DNA of 64,000 nucleotides from Lama guanicoe (Eukaryota). The notes under the pieces were generated by a model that saw only the letters and a program-made list of their open reading frames with translations, did not search any database and was not told the origin of the DNA. Shown here in pieces: positions 41,182 through 55,700 of this stretch. A program made the position numbers and the translations under genes. Within the stretch, counting starts at the first letter, position 1, and every line of letters begins with the position of its first letter. The stretch spans positions 374,467-438,466 of the forward strand of contig MU053156.1 of the NCBI GenBank assembly GCA_013239625.1, in the 5' to 3' direction.

Positions 41182-42939
41182 GTAAAGTGTTCTCGTGAAA
41201 TTAATTCTGCTCTGAATTTAGTTTTGTGTAGTATTTACTCTTAAAATTGAGCAGTGGTCTACCTATCACTGTTCTATGTTTGTGTTGGAAGTTTGGTCAG
41301 AGTGAACTGTTTTATAAAAACAAGACTAACTGAATTTTCTTTTTACTTTGCTAAATACTGAAGACAGGGTCTGAGGACAAAGTGGAGTAGAAAACATACA
41401 GTGACAGGAAAATTGTATTGGGAAAAGTTGTCCCACGATGGAGGAAGCATGAAATGTTGCCAAGGAGACAGATTCTTACTCTGCCTTTTAAACCATCCTG
41501 GCGTGACTTTTGTAACACTCCTGCCTAAATGAAATCTTCAGTAGATACAGTTACTTACTGGAATAATCATGGAGTCTTCCTGGGGCTTTTCAGTTCCAAA
41601 ACTATATTCCATGTGTTGTCTAATTTTTTTTCTTGGACACTTTTTTTTTTGGTACCATAGAGTTGTTAGGAGAGAGGTTTTTTTCCCCTCTGTATCTGTC
41701 TTTGATTCTGCATGAAGACTAAAATAATAGCTGGAATTGTAGAAATTTAGAAATTAAAGTTATTTATCCAAATCCATATTATAAAGGGATTCCTCTGTGT
41801 TTTCAAAATCATTCCATTAAGAGTATATTCAAAACCCTTGCATCTAATTGGATAATACATGTTTCCTCTAAAATGATAACCAGTTCTCAAAGAAGACTCT
41901 TAAGAACCATGTGATAAAACCTACAACTTTAGAATTTTTTTGTACTATAGTTTAAAAAAATATGTCCTCAGAGTCCTTATGTCACATCTAGAATTTCACA
42001 TTTCAGACATTTTGTAGTATAGTTACTTAAAAATTCATTTTGTAGGCCCTGCATCAGTATAAACTGCTGGAGATTAGGAAACATAATTGTGCATTTCCTG
42101 GAGCACCTAGGATAAGGCCTTAAATGTACAAAACATTTTAGTATTTTTTGAATGTGAATACATGAGCAGACAAATGGAATTCTGTATCGTGTTACAGGTA
42201 ATATAATATGCACACTCTATCATAATGAAATCTATTTGAATTCTAAAAATACGACTTAAGTTTCTATTCCCTTTGTTTAGGATGTGTAAGTTCAGTTGCT
42301 GTGATGAGGAAGTACATCATAAGTAGCAAGGAAATAAATAAGTATGTGGTAAGTAGGAAAGAGGTTGCAGTATATCCACTAAGTGTGAGCTTAAAATTTT
42401 AGATTAAAATTGTCGAACCTTCTCCTTAGCCCCATTTCATGTTCCGTTAAATGTGTCTTTTCAAGCCATATATTCTTCTTAGAATTCTCATTACCAGTTC
42501 TTCAGGTGGAAAGTTGGTGTGTTAGGTAGGAACTTTTTAAAAATCTATTTCTCTCTCTCTCGTAGTAATTTATAGCATTCAGGTAGTGATAGATGACCAT
42601 GTTCGGTTGAATGACTTACAGTGACAAAATGAAACTCTTTATTATAGTAGTATTTATAAACAAATAGCTGTAGAGTAATACAAATCAGTATCAATAGGGA
42701 TATATACTAGGAACAAAAGCCTCTGTTTTTTACATATATATGTCATATTTTGGTATTTTTGTAAAATTTGCTGAAGAACAATACATATACTTATCTATAT
42801 AATTTGTATATATCTTAATATAGAATAAAAACATAAAACAGGCTTTCGTTCATAGTATATCCCTAACAATGCTGATGTATCACATCTATTATGTATGTGT
42901 GAAATATATGTATTTCTCCACATACCTTACTACTCTTAT

Positions 42940-43165
42940 TTTTTAAATTTTATTTTATTGAGTTATAGTCAGTTTACAATGTTGTGTCAAATTCCAGTGT
43001 AGAGCACAATTTTTCAGTTATACATGAACATACACATGTTCATTGTCACATTTTCTTTTTCTCTGTGAGCCTACCACAAGATCTTGTATATATCTCCCTG
43101 TGCTATACAGTATAATCTTGTTTATCTATTCAGCATATGCCTGTCAATACCTACAAATTTTAAAC
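42940..43165 (-). mobile_element. LINE-1 extreme 3' end
   Basis: ttattgagttatagtcagtttacaatg... same family as 4883-6047. Confidence 0.85.
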
Positions 43166-43948
43166 TCAATTTTTTTTTAATTGAGGTATATTCTTATATT
43201 TTCTTTTTTTTTTCATGCCTTAAGTTTGTACTGGACTAGTCATGTCTCATTTTTTTTCTTTTCTTCCTCTTCCTGCCCCACTTATTTTACTTTATTTTTT
43301 AATGATTTACTCCTAAGCTAATTTTTTCTGTTTAGTATGTGTGTGGCTTTCATTCATGAGTCGTTGCCCCTCAGATTTTCTCTTGTTTTTATTCCTCTTC
43401 CTTTGAAGGAGCTGAATTTAAACAATTATTTGTCTTTAGGTTTTTGACCCCTGGAATAGAAGTAGCTTACACTGTTTGCTGTTCTAACCCATCCAAATAA
43501 GATCCTGCTAAAAACTATAAGCTCTCATATTCCCCCCGTGAAAGATAATTCATGCATATGTAAATCATGCAAACACATTTCAAAATACAACAATCAATTT
43601 AAATTTCTTAATGTTAGTTTTTCAATGGTATTCTTAGCTTCCAAGGGTAAGTTTTTGTTCTAGATCATTTTGCTCTAGAAAGTCATCTAATGGCTACCAC
43701 AGTATTTGTGTAATAAGCAATGAGGGGTAAGGAAAGTAACACCTGGGAGCTCCTGATGTCACTCCTCATAATCCTCACCCCAGGAGAAGATGCAGGTCGA
43801 CAAAGGTCAGAACCGGGATTGGAGCCCACGTCTGAATGACTCCGAAGCCTGTGCTCTTTGTGTTCAATCATATAGTAATGGGGAATGTTCGAATTATTTT
43901 ATTTAGTTTCGTACTTGTTATTCTTAAAGCTGTAATTTTCTTCTCTAG

Positions 43949-44243
43949 AATGTCCTGAAACCAAGCTTCACAAAGCTAAGTTATGGCTCTCAGCAGCCCA
44001 GGGAAAACTAAGTTGTTTGAAGTTGTTCTTGTGCTGTTCCCTGATTTGAAATTACAGATATTTTCACCTACCCTATCTTGTTCTCACAATAGTAGAAGGA
44101 AAACACGACATTATGAGGCCAGGAATTAGAACCTTTCTTGAGGACAGTTCTGATGGTGAAAATGAAGATGTGGTTGGAACCTTTCCCAAACTGTCCCATC
44201 AAAGTCCCAGGCTTTTCTTACCCTGCCTGCCCATCACTGGAGC
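43949..44243 (+). pseudogene. Two adjacent ANKRD26-like exons; the second is frameshifted and cut by a SINE
   Basis: NVLKPSFTKLSYGSQQPREN from 43949. EGKHDIMRPGIRTFLEDSSDGENEDVVGTFPKLS/IKVPGFSYPACPS from 44096. Confidence 0.75.
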
Positions 44244-44329
44244 GTAGAGCTTAGTATGTGGCAGAGCATATGCTTAACATGCAGGAGTTCCTGGGTTGAA
44301 TCCCCAGTACCTCCATTAAAAAAAAAAAA
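44239..44329 (+). mobile_element. tRNA-derived SINE
   Basis: gcagagcatatgcttaacatgcaggagttcctgggttgaatccccagtacctccattaaaaaaaaaaaa. Confidence 0.8.
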
Positions 44330-44397
44330 GCCAATATAAAAAATCTGAAGTGTGTAGATCCAAATATGATGTCCATTGTTTAAGTATTTTTCTTTTT

Positions 44398-44593
44398 TAA
44401 ACTTTTTTTATAGTCATTTTACAATGTTGTGTTAAATTCCATTGTAGAGCACAATTTTTCAGTTATACATGAACATATATATATTCATTGTCACATTTTT
44501 TCTCTGTGAGCTACCTTGAGATCTTGTGTCTATTTCCCTGTGCTATACAGTATAATCTTGTTTATTTATTCTACCATTTTGAAATCCCAGTCT
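44398..44593 (-). mobile_element. Short LINE-1 3' end with TSD
   Basis: Same L1 3' UTR family, flanked by aagtattttt(t)ctttt at ~44382 and ~44594. Confidence 0.8.
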
Positions 44594-44798
44594 AAGTATT
44601 TTTCTTTTGCCACCTTTCTTCATAAGTATCCCAACCACGACCAAGCTTTTCTTCCAGAGCATGCTTCAACCCTCTGAAATTCTTTTGTGCCACTTTATTT
44701 TTTTTGAAATATTCAGGAATGGAGATAGGCTTATATGTGTGTTTAAAATTTACAGTGGTAAATGTTCTCATTAATGAATCTGTGGCTACGTTTTATAG

Positions 44799-44859
44799 GT
44801 ATGATGTCAGCATTGAAATTAGGAAAAAAGAAGATACAGAATCTCCTTGGGATTCTGAG
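44799..44859 (+). pseudogene. ANKRD26-like exon with frameshift
   Basis: MMSALKLG/EDTESPWDSE|gtactg, against remembered VMSALGLGQEEDIESPWDSE. Confidence 0.85.
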
Positions 44860-44871
44860 GTACTGTCTAGT

Positions 44872-44903
<32 letters not shown>
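44872..44903. repeat. (ATC)n microsatellite
   Basis: About ten ATC units. Confidence 0.95.
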
Positions 44904-47383
44904 TCTAAAATGTAAGCATTGAGTGATGTTCAAACAAATGGAGGGATGCTTTGACTTTACTGCCTCACCTTTGCATTTGCCCATCAGTTTTCTTCTTATA
45001 TTTTTAATCTACAGTTAATAAAATCATTCTGCGCTAAATGTCATAGTACTGCATAGTGCACTTCTGTTAATTCTCCAGGCTCACCTAATAAAACCGGTGT
45101 ATATAACGCAAAACACCAAGACTTAGAAGTCCCAGCAGATTGGTTTGGGCTCTGAAGTTAAGTTTTTTAAAAACTAAAGAATTACTCTTGGTCAGCCTGT
45201 GACCAAACATGTGTTTCTTTGGTATAAATGGATGTGTAAAACTCCTAGTGAGATTCAGAGAGAAACAGGTTGAATTAAAAAAAAAAAAGTTCTTTAGCTT
45301 TGGTTTGGTTTGGTTTGGGTTTTTTTTTTTATACCACTTTGACCTTGAAAAGACTGCCTGCAACTTGAAGGTATTTGGATTGTCAAGTAGATGTGCAGAA
45401 GACATTTTAGGGGAAGCAAAAGTGTGTTTGAGAGTAATAAATATGTGGGGTTTTAATACCAACAATTTGGCTTAGTGATGTTTTAATGAGAACTCATTTT
45501 GGATAGTTCAAATAATGTGCATTGAGTACCTTTACGGTGGCCGTGCTCGAAGTGATGTAGGTACAGAGCAGTGATGACCTGTTCTCAGGTGACGGCTGTG
45601 GAAAGAGGCTAGAAGAGCCTGAGCTCTGGAATCCAGGTAGCTGCTACCTAGTGGCACAGCACTGTATTTGAAGTCAACAGATGTGGCGTCATCCTGGTTC
45701 TGTGATGTGCTGTGGGGTCTTGGAAAAACTTGTTTGACCTGTTTGATTGTCAGTGACCTCATTGGTAAAAATGGTACTGACACCTACCTCTCAGGTATGT
45801 GTAGTGAACAGATGTAACAAATGTGAAAACATTGTTGTCTGTAAATGGTGCTATAAAATCTAAGACAGGATGATCACTGTGGCAATGAGTGTTGAGGACA
45901 AAGTGTTGAGGACACTTTTAATACCTGAAGGACAATAAAATGGCAGAGTTAAGCAAGGGAAAGTCAGAGCAGGCATGTGGGTTTCTCATTTGGGGTGTGT
46001 TACGTTTCAGGAGACTATTATTGGAGATCTCTGATAGGTATAGAGTGCTTTGGTACTTGAGTTCGTGTTGAGATTTGACATGTTTTGACCTTAAAGAAAT
46101 TCTTGTTCCCGAACACCAGCTGTGTGCCAGGCAGTTAGACACTGAGTGTACCAGTTGAGGGGTTAGGCTGTAGCAGTAGGAGCAGAAGAACAAGGGAACA
46201 GGAATCCTCTCTCAATCACAGTAAGTCCTTCACATAATGAACATGGAGAACGTTAGGTTGGACCACAGTGGGGGACTTTGTAGTTAGGATGGGGTGGAGT
46301 GAGTGCAGAATTTACGTAGTCAGCACAGCTGTGAGTGTGACCAAATCTGCCAAGTGAAGGAAGGGAAGGAGCCCGTCATGTCATGTAAAGGCCCAGGGGA
46401 GCGACGTTCTGGACAGAGAGCACAGAGGGTCCCACCTGCTCATTCCTGTTCCCCAGCACCTTACAGTGGCCAGGAAGCAGCAAGTGGGTAACCGTCCTTA
46501 TGACCATTTTTACTATTGTGTGTGTAGGAAAAAAATGTGCATCATTAAGGGTGTGGCACATGCACATGGTTAAGAAATAAATTTTCTTACTCTTCCCTTA
46601 AGTTAAAGCTTCCTGTACTTTTTCAGAGAGTTGCATAACTATATTTAAAGTTTTTTGCTGTTATTAAAATACCTGTTTTTCTTATTAGTTTGCTAATTTA
46701 TTCAAGTATTTTTCCTACCAATAAATGTTTTATCAAATAATAGATTGTGCTAAGCCCTTGTTAACTGAAATGAAGCAGCTTCTACAATGTTCTGTTAATA
46801 CTAAGTGTGACAGACTCCAAGGTTGCTTTTCATGCCAAATATGTTATTTTAATACTAAAACCACATCTGTCCTTAGAAATATTTTTAATTTGTAGCAAGT
46901 ATACTTACTAAAGAATTTGTTTTAAAAAATATTTATTTAATCTTTTTATTGAAGTGTAGTCGATTTATAATGTTAGTTTCAGGTGTACAGCAAAGCATTC
47001 CAGTTATGCATAGAAAACTATTTTTTAAAATGCTTTCCATTGTGGGGTAATGCAAAATGGAGTTAGGCATTTTGAAGTTAATTCTCTGTTGAAATATGAA
47101 TATAAGTCAATATTTTGTCTCTGAAAATATTTACCTTGGCTTTCCATGTTCCATTTACTGAGTGAAAAGACAGGTGAAGCTAAAAGATAGACTTGATCTA
47201 GAGAATGTATGTGAAGTTTTCTATTTAAATGTTTGGGTTTCCAAGATACGCTTCTCTTATTTTTAAAGTCTAATTGCTTTTAAAGGAGGAAACAAAGAAA
47301 AATTAGGTAAGAAATGCAGGTATTTTCTTAGAAAGGGGTTAGGAAATCTTTATGCAACTCATTATTAATATTGATTTTAACAG

Positions 47384-47477
47384 AGTATCTCTGAGAGTCT
47401 ACCACAGAAGTATGTTGATCATTTTTCTGGGGCTGCAGATCAAACAGGAAAAAATATATTAAATGGACAAACAGAAG
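47384..47477 (+). pseudogene. ANKRD26-like exon (94 nt, open)
   Basis: ttaacag|SISESLPQKYVDHFSGAADQTGKNILNGQTE-g|gtaaga. Confidence 0.85.
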
Positions 47478-48755
47478 GTAAGAATTGGATTTTATTAAAA
47501 AGTTATTTGACAGACTGTTGATTTAACACATGAATTCTGATGTATTCTAAAAACCAAAGAAAGTCACCTGTTGTATAGTGAGGGAAAAGAGGAGAAAAGG
47601 AGGTAAATTGTGTATCTTATCAGATGTCAGCAGCAGATGAAATGGAGAGTGCCGTTTGAGGAGCTAAATTGTTAGCTTCATTTCAGGATGCTCTGTGACC
47701 TAGGGACAGTCAGGAAATGAGGGAAAGAGGGGATGAAGAAGTAGAGAGGCAGAGAGGACAGGCAGTGAAGGAGGGAGAAGGAGGGAAGGCCTGTGGGAGA
47801 GTGTGTAGGGGGAATGGAGCCACTCAGGCTCTCTGGCCGGACCGCCGGTGCCCAGTGACTCAGCTGTTACCCGCACGCGCAGTACCCATGTTGTGTTACA
47901 TAGGCATGATTCGCACCACGCAAGCACACTGGTTGCTCCTAGGGGATTGTTGGCTAGATACTGGCTTTATTTGCTTTGATATGTAAGGCGGACGGGATTT
48001 TTCGCTGCCGCCATCGAAGCCCGTGCACTCCTCTGCCGTAAAGGCATGTCAGAGATGCGTACGGCTCCCAGAGTATACTTCGACCTGCCCAAATACCCCG
48101 TGCACCTGCCAGGCCTTGAGTGCTTGCTGAGTCTCCCAGACACCAGTGGCAGCTGTGGTGCCCATTTCTGCATCTGTAGTGTGCGGAGCTCCATCAGAAG
48201 GGGAACCGGGGTGGGGCTGTGTGTTACCACTCGTACTGATGATACCCCCAAATCTCAGTAGCGTGAAGCAGTAGAAGTCTGATGCTTGCTCACACTCACG
48301 TGAAGCCCTGCAGGTTTTCCTCCACGTGGTTTCAGTGATGCAGGCTCTTCCCATCTGGTGGTTCTGCCTGTCTTAACCACTTGGCATCAAGCTGGTGGAA
48401 AAGGAAAGGAAAAGTATCATCAGATGGTATGCACTGGAGATGTTTGTGGGCCCAACTTGGGAGTGGCTCACACTACTTCCACTCATCCATCCCTGGCTAG
48501 TGTCAGGTGACACAGGATGGCAAAGCATTGGAACCTGTAGTCTTGCTGCTTACCCAGGAAGACAAGGAAATCGCTTTAGTGGCCGGCTACAGTGTCTGTC
48601 ACAGATGACAGTGGGCTCTTAAGTATCTGCCTGTTGGTACAAATTGTTTGCAGGTGAGTAAATTGTTAAGTGAAAAAACCCCACCTGATTGCAATTCAGG
48701 ATAAGTAAGTTAAGCTGAATGAATACCAGAGAAATCCACACTAAGTGGCTTGGAG

Positions 48756-48860
48756 TGGGAGGTATAGCTCAGTGGTAGCGCATGAGCTTGCTGTGCTCAG
48801 AGTCCTGGGTTCAATACCTAGTGCCTCCCTTAAGGAAAAAAGAAGAAGAAGAAAAAGATA
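48756..48860 (+). mobile_element. tRNA-derived SINE
   Basis: gggaggtatagctcagtggtagcgcatgagcttgctgtgctcagagtcctgggttcaatacctagtgcctcc plus A-rich tail. Confidence 0.8.
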
Positions 48861-49640
48861 CTGGCCTGAGTTCTTTGGGGATAAACCTTGACACATAGGT
48901 TAGTTTTCCATTTCTGGCAGAAACAAAGGAGATAAAACAGATCAGTACTAACCAGTGTTCCAGGCAGATTCAGACACAGAGATACTGATCCTTTAAAGTT
49001 CTTCCATCGAGTGTTGAAAACAGACTTAATAAAAATAAACTGCTACTTTTAATTTGCTGGTGCTGTCTGAAAACACACAGCCACCTTTCATGTTCTTTTC
49101 TTTCTTGGATTTATTTAACACACTGACTCAAGGTCTTCATATTCAGGTCACACCCCGAGCTGTGGTTGATCAGGACAAGTTAGCTACCTCCTAACCTTCT
49201 CTGACTACTCTTGTAAAAAGGTCCTAGAAAGAGCATGGACTTTGGCGTTTAATCACTGAACAAGTCAGATGTCTTCTCAGCCTCTGCTGTGTTCCAGGTG
49301 TTAGAGATAAAAAGATCCCGAAGACAGAGGATGGCCCTGCAAGAAGCTCACAGTCTACTGATGGAGACAAGAATGTAAGTAAGTGAAGCTGCACAGTGGG
49401 GTCAGGGCAGCACTGGCAACATGCTCTAGGGGTTGGAGGAGGGCTCTGCAGAGTAAGAAGTGCTCAGCGTTGAGGGGAGGGGGAAGGGAGGAGTGGGTGA
49501 GGAACAGAACAGAGATAAGGGGTAGGCAGGAGCCAGAACACAAAGGATCTTGTGAGTCATGTTATCCTGTAGGTGACTAGGAGCCAATTTTCACTTTGGA
49601 GCACAGGGCCAGTGATCAGAGAAACGTTGTCTATTGATGC

Positions 49641-50159
49641 TGTAATAGAAAAGAACAAATCTGACTCCTGTCAGGTCTGCTCCTTTGGCTCTAACCCTGT
49701 TCCCTGTTTACTAGGCTCAGTCTTGCCAGCTCTGCACCTTTTGTAAACAACGTTGCCTTTAGCCTGAAATAGAAGGAGAGCCTGTTCTCAAGGCTCTGAC
49801 CTTTAAGGGTATTAACACCTTTGCACTTACATAAAGATAGCAAGTTGCAGAATGGAAAATAGCATTTTGTGGGAGGTTTTACAAACACACTGTGACCTGA
49901 CCCAGGTGGACCACTGCAAGAACAAAGAATTCCTACACCAAGAAGTTTGCAGCAACCAACCATACTCCCTCCCCTTTTTAGTAGAAAAGGAGCCTGAATT
50001 CTGACTTGGAGAAAGAAGATGGTTCTCCAGGACATTAGCCTGCCATCTTCTCAGTCAGCTGGCTTTCCGAATAAAGTCGCTATTCCTTGCCACAGCTCAT
50101 CGTCTCCCAGTTTATTGGCCTGTCTTGCAACGAGCAGATTGAGTTTGGACTCGGTAACA
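49641..50159 (+). mobile_element. Solo ERV LTR (ERV1-like), 519 bp
   Basis: TG...CA ends (tgtaatagaa...cggtaaca), 4-bp TSD ATGC at 49637-49640 and 50160-50163, AATAAA at ~50070. Confidence 0.92.
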
Positions 50160-52753
50160 ATGCAAGAATCATGCCAATTTATTTGTAAAAATGGCTTCCC
50201 AAAACATCTTTGTGTGGTCTTACTCTATAAAATTATGCTAGCATGATGTGTGTGTGTCTCCTAGAGATTACATTTTTCAGGTTACTGGCATGGAAGATCT
50301 CTATGTCACAGGCAGTGAGAGTCCTTGTGTTCCCTGGGCTTGGGCTTGTAAGATGATTTTCTTTTCTCTCTAGAAGAAAGTTGCTCAAAACCAACTCCAA
50401 ATATAATCTAAATGCATTCCACTTGAGGCTGGGGGAGCATTTCATGTTGCATGGATTTATATACTGGTTTAGCAGCAAGTAACTAATTTTAACAGTCACC
50501 TTGCTTATTCCAAAAGAGCAGGGAATGGGGTCGTAGAGGGAAGGAAAATAACTCCGAGATAGTCTAGGACATCGCAGTTACCCAGCGAACACAGGATCAC
50601 TGGGAGTGTTCATCACTTCGGGAAGCAATAGAGCGAGTCTAACTCTGGACTTCTCCTTAGAACCACGTGGAGAGCTTTAAAACATTCTGATACTCAGTCA
50701 CATCCCAGATAAGTTAAATCAAACTCAGGAATTGGGACCCATGCAGCAACATTTTTGAAAATGTCCTCTTACTAAAACATGAGGCTGAATTCACCCTTTT
50801 TCTTTTTTTCAATTTTTTTGCCTTTAGTTTTTTTTTTTTAATTTTTAATTTTTCTTAAAAAATGCATTAGTTTCCCAAGTGATTTCAATTCACAGCCCAG
50901 TTTGAGAAACACTGATCTATTAGATAGGATTACCTGTTAGATGGAAACTGCAAGTTCCAGTTGATCAATTCAGTTCATTTCAGTCATGTGCCAGACTTGG
51001 TCCTGGGGGCTGGGACACAGGCCCTGCCTTCAAGTGTGTCGCAGTGTAGGAGGAACCTGGGGATGGCAAAGAGCCACAGACTGGGTGTGGAACGCCAGTA
51101 CAAATGTGCACCAGTGAAAGGAAGCGGGTGGGGGGGAGCATCCTGGTAAATATTTGGTAACTGTCTTGTTCTGTAGCTGGAGAAACTGGAACATAAATCT
51201 AGAAGGACTTGCTAGAGGAAACATTGTATCTTGGATGAGGATTAGAAGCCAGGAAATTGGCTTCACCCTTGTGGGTGGTACACTGTTAATTTCTGCCCAT
51301 CAACTCCAGCCTCCACTAAGGATTTTAAAGCAAAACAAATCAAGAAGGCTTTTTAAAAAATTGCCTAAAAACAGCAATGTATTTCTAGATAAAATTTGCA
51401 TGCAACACTAACTTGAAAAAAGTGTTTTTCTCTTAAATGTTTAGAGCTTGAAGGGCTCTGCCATGCAGCAGGACAAGATTTTATCTTATTAGCCAAAGGC
51501 AGCGTTCTCATAGGGCTGTAATTTGTAATATTACAAAGATATTGAGACATTTTTTACCAAAATCTGATAAATGACTCATGAACCACAGTGATTCTTGTTT
51601 CTTTATTTTGCTTTCTTTTTCACGGGGGGCCCACTCTGGGCTTTTTCCCAGAGTAGTATCTGCACTTGCTCTTTCTTTTTCACTTTTTTAGATGAGTGTC
51701 ATGAAGGGTAGGAGTGTTGAGTCCCAGTTCTACTCAGGACTCTGGGACTACGTCTCCTTGTCTGTAAAATGATGACAGTACACATGGGGCTGAAAAGCTA
51801 GAGTATTAGCTTTAACAAATGGGAAAGAACTGTGTGTGGGTTTTTACACTTACAAAAGCTGGTAGCGATGAATAGTGGGGACAGGTGTGACCCTTGAACT
51901 TCTAAAGTCTGTTTAGAACATCCGCTTGATATTATCACGTTTCCCTAATTAGCTGTGCTCCGGCACCTTTCTACTATTTGGAGGAAGCCACGCAGTGTCC
52001 AGTAACACTGAATTGACAGATTCATACAAAGTCCCTGCATTGTCGATTGGGGTAGGGGGAGAAACTTCTAGGTATTAGTGAACTAAAGCTAAATAAGAAA
52101 AGAATGTAAGAGTAGTTTAGCAAAAATTTTACATGTCCCACAGCAATTTAAAGCATAAGGTAATTTATATTACCGCTTACAACGGGCTTCTCAGATATTG
52201 TCACAACAAGCACAAAATCAAAAGTTCATTTTCATGATCCAGGGTTCACTAAGAAAGGCCCCTTGTCTTGATATGTATAGAGTAGTGAGTTAGCATTTTA
52301 GAAGGCAGGCATTTCTAGGTTCCAGGCAGAAGAGGTGAGCGTACTTTGTGTAAGAATTCTGTGGCTTGACTCAGATAATAACAGACCTTTCGCTTTTCCA
52401 TCAGGACTTGGGAGTTGCCCCGCGGCTGTAGGAGCAGTGACTCGCTGTAATGGAGCTGTTATGTAGAGATGCTAAGATGCAGAGGAAAGTTCTAGAGCAT
52501 ATGGGAGAATGTTTGCTGGAAAATTACTTGGTTAGAACCTGACAGTCTTACCAGCGTCCTGGGGTTGGTGGATACCAGTGAGGCTGTGGATGTCACCGCT
52601 GAGCAACTTCGTTTTAAGGTAAGTGAGGGGTCGCTGTCTGTCTACTGAAAAAGGCCAGTTTGCTGTGATGTTCCCAAGGTATAAACATTTCTGACCAGTG
52701 CCAGGAGATTTTCTTGTCTGTTGTATGAAAAACTGATCAGGAAAAAAAATCTT

Positions 52754-55700
52754 CATTTTTTAAGGGAAAAAAAACACGTTTCAACTTGATGCTGGTGTTT
52801 TAAATTAAAGCATCAAGTCAGTTTAGACACCTGGCCTTACTTGGTGGTTTTCTAACTTGCCAGTGTTGTATTTTTTCCCCAACCATGAGGGAATCCTTTA
52901 ACAGAGACAGGCAGACAGGGGACACAACTAGGCTCTGCACTGATGGGAGCAGCAGCTCCTCCTCCCCAACCTGGTGTGACCCCAGGGTGGACATGGGAGA
53001 TGGTTTTAAAACAATTCTTCACTTTCACAGAAAAGGGGAACTGGAGGGAGCAGCCTAGCCTGCTGGAGAGTCTGTACATGGAACAGAGTCTGAGCCCCAC
53101 CCTCAGCAGGCAGTAACTTGCTTCCCTCACTGACACCCCCTCCTGTCTGCACTCCTGTGCATACAGGAGGCCCAGCCCACAGAGACCCTGGCTGCGCAGA
53201 GGGACCAGCCACTCTGTATCTGTTGGTGTTTCTGTACTATGTACAGTGTTGTGTGTTAGAGCCCCCATCTCCAGCTTCAGCCTGAAGCCTCAGGTGGGCA
53301 GATGGACCCCACCCCTCACTGCACACTGTGGGCTGGGTGAGATTAGGACCCAGGAGAGAGTAGCCCTGCTCCTCGCCAGCCAGGACCAAGGGGCCATTGA
53401 AATAGAAAGGTCAATGCTGGACAAGATGCAGGCCAGTGGGAGCAGGCAGGGGTGGGGGGACCTGGGGCAACGCTGAGAGGTCAGGGGTGGCAGGTATGTC
53501 ATGGACCAGGTGGGGCTGGACAGGCATGGGCTGAGTGTGGATGGGGGCAGGGTCAGGCAACTCAGCACAAACAGTTCTGCTGGCTAACTGGGCCAGTGGC
53601 TGCCACTGCCTGGGGTCCTCTCCCACCCCGTGCAGGGCTGCCTCCAGCCTCAGGAGGGCCAGGCATCCGGGGCCCAGGCTCCAGGTGTGCGCGTGGGGAG
53701 GGGCGCTTGTGTCAGGTGGGCTGGGCTGGGGGGCAGGTATACAACATCTGTGGGCGCATCCCCTCAGGTGGAGGTCAGTGGGATCAGTTCTTGGAGAGTT
53801 GGCAGGTCATCGTTGCTGTTTGTGGGGAGGTTGGGTGGGCCCAGGTAGGACAGCCACTCATTGGGGTTGGTCAGTTCTGGGAGCAGATCCAGGGCTGGCT
53901 CTGGGGCCTCCCCTGTCCCAAATGGGGGGTGCCCATCATGCCTGTGGTAGCACTGAAGGTCAGCTCGCCAATGAGACCCCAGTTCATGGCCCAGGGGCTG
54001 CCGGGACCCAGGGGGAGGGTTTGGATGGTGCAGCTGGGGCCCTGGTGGGCCTCCAAGGTTGGGAGTGTGCAGCCCTGGTGGCCCAGGGTTATGGTTCGGG
54101 GTCCAGGTGACCTGCTGGTGCCATCCGACCAGGGAGGGAGGCTGCAGACTTCTCTGGTGTTGGGGCTGCTGGGAATGTCGGATTGATAGGGGATGGGAGG
54201 TGGCCCTGGGTGAACTCAGTAAGGGTCGAGGTGCTGGGCATGGTGGGCAGGAAGGAGTCCAGAAAGGTCCCTGGTCCCAGGAAGCTGGAACCCTCGCTAG
54301 GGTAATCGCCGGGGGCGGGGGCTGGGGGCTGCAAGGTGATGAAGGGAGTGGCACCAGGCCAGGGCGTCGATCATCTCCATCATGCTGGGCATGAGCACAG
54401 GGCAGGGTTCACGGTGTGGCAGCACTGGCCCATCCTGGCTCCTCCTTGACGTGCACATCAGGCTTCACAGGTACTGGCTTCCCTTCCTGCTGCACGTGGG
54501 GCCGTTGGGAATCTCATAGTTGAGTTCAGAATGTAAATGAGGATGCCCAGCGTGTACTGGTCCACCTCCAGGCCCTCAGCAATGCTATCTTACTGCACAC
54601 AGGGCACCTTTTGGTCTCTCGCTCACAGTTGAGCTGTAGATAAGAGTCTAGCTTGAACCACTGTGTGGTGACAGTCGTGACCTTGGACAGGAAGCTGGAT
54701 TCTGCTGAAAGTGATGTGACACTTGAGTGACACCTTGGTGACTGTCTGTGCCACCGTGTCCTCTGTTGGGTCCAGGGGTGCTGGGGATGGTGCAGCTGCT
54801 GAAGTTCCGCTTTATCTCAGTGATGCAGTGCTCAGCGGGCAGGAGGAGACCCTGCAGCACGGAGTGGACGGAAGGCCCGTGCACCAGCTGCGGCATGAAG
54901 AGGTGGGAGCTGCGGCAGGTCGTGACAGTGATCTGGATGGTGTTGCGGCCCGGCTGGCACACGTGTTTCAGGTATAAAGGCTTGTGGGAGGTCTTGTCAC
55001 CACGCTCAATGGTGGGTAGGGTGGCGTTGACGCTGACCCGGACCAAGGCCGGCCAGTTGGTGTTCATCTGCTGCTCCTCTTGGTGGTAGCATTTGAACTG
55101 CAGCTCCAGGTCAGGCCTCAGCATCAGGGTCTGGACAGAGTCTCGGAGCTGGAAGGCGTGGTTGCTCACAGCCAGGATGTGCTACAGGTGAAAGGGCTCG
55201 AGAACCATGTTGTCCCGCTCATGGAAGGTCAGCCGCAGCTGGTCACAGGCTGCTGCCAGGGGGTGACAAGTTGCTCACGTTGGGCTTAAGGTCAGGCAGG
55301 AAGGGAGATTTGATCTCCTGGCTGGTGGACATGTAGGGGGCGCTGCTGCCGGAGGTCTTGGGCGGCGTGGGGCTCCCTGGCAGTGAGGAGCTGGGGTAGC
55401 TGGGGACGAAATGGCTCGTAGTGCAGCCCTGCAGGGCCAGAGGTAGTCAGGGACTGGCTTCCGCCCTCCTGCAGGGATAGCCTGTGCCCAGGGTAGGAGG
55501 AGGAGACAGGAGGCTGGCCAGGGCCAGGTGCATACTGGGTGGCGCTGGGCCCATGCTGGCCTCCCTGCAGGTATTGCTGCCTGGGCTACACCTCACTGGA
55601 GTAGGCTCTCTTGACGCCCTGTTGGGGTCGTGTCTGGTCCTGGGGAGGCTCAGGGTGCCCATGCTGGGGCAGGCACTGCCCTGTGTTCAGGAGCACCATG

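Noticed and set aside
48756..48830. tRNA gene call (also at 17700, 44240 and 58970)
   Set aside because: The A/B boxes belong to tRNA-derived SINEs with A-rich tails. No intact cloverleaf.
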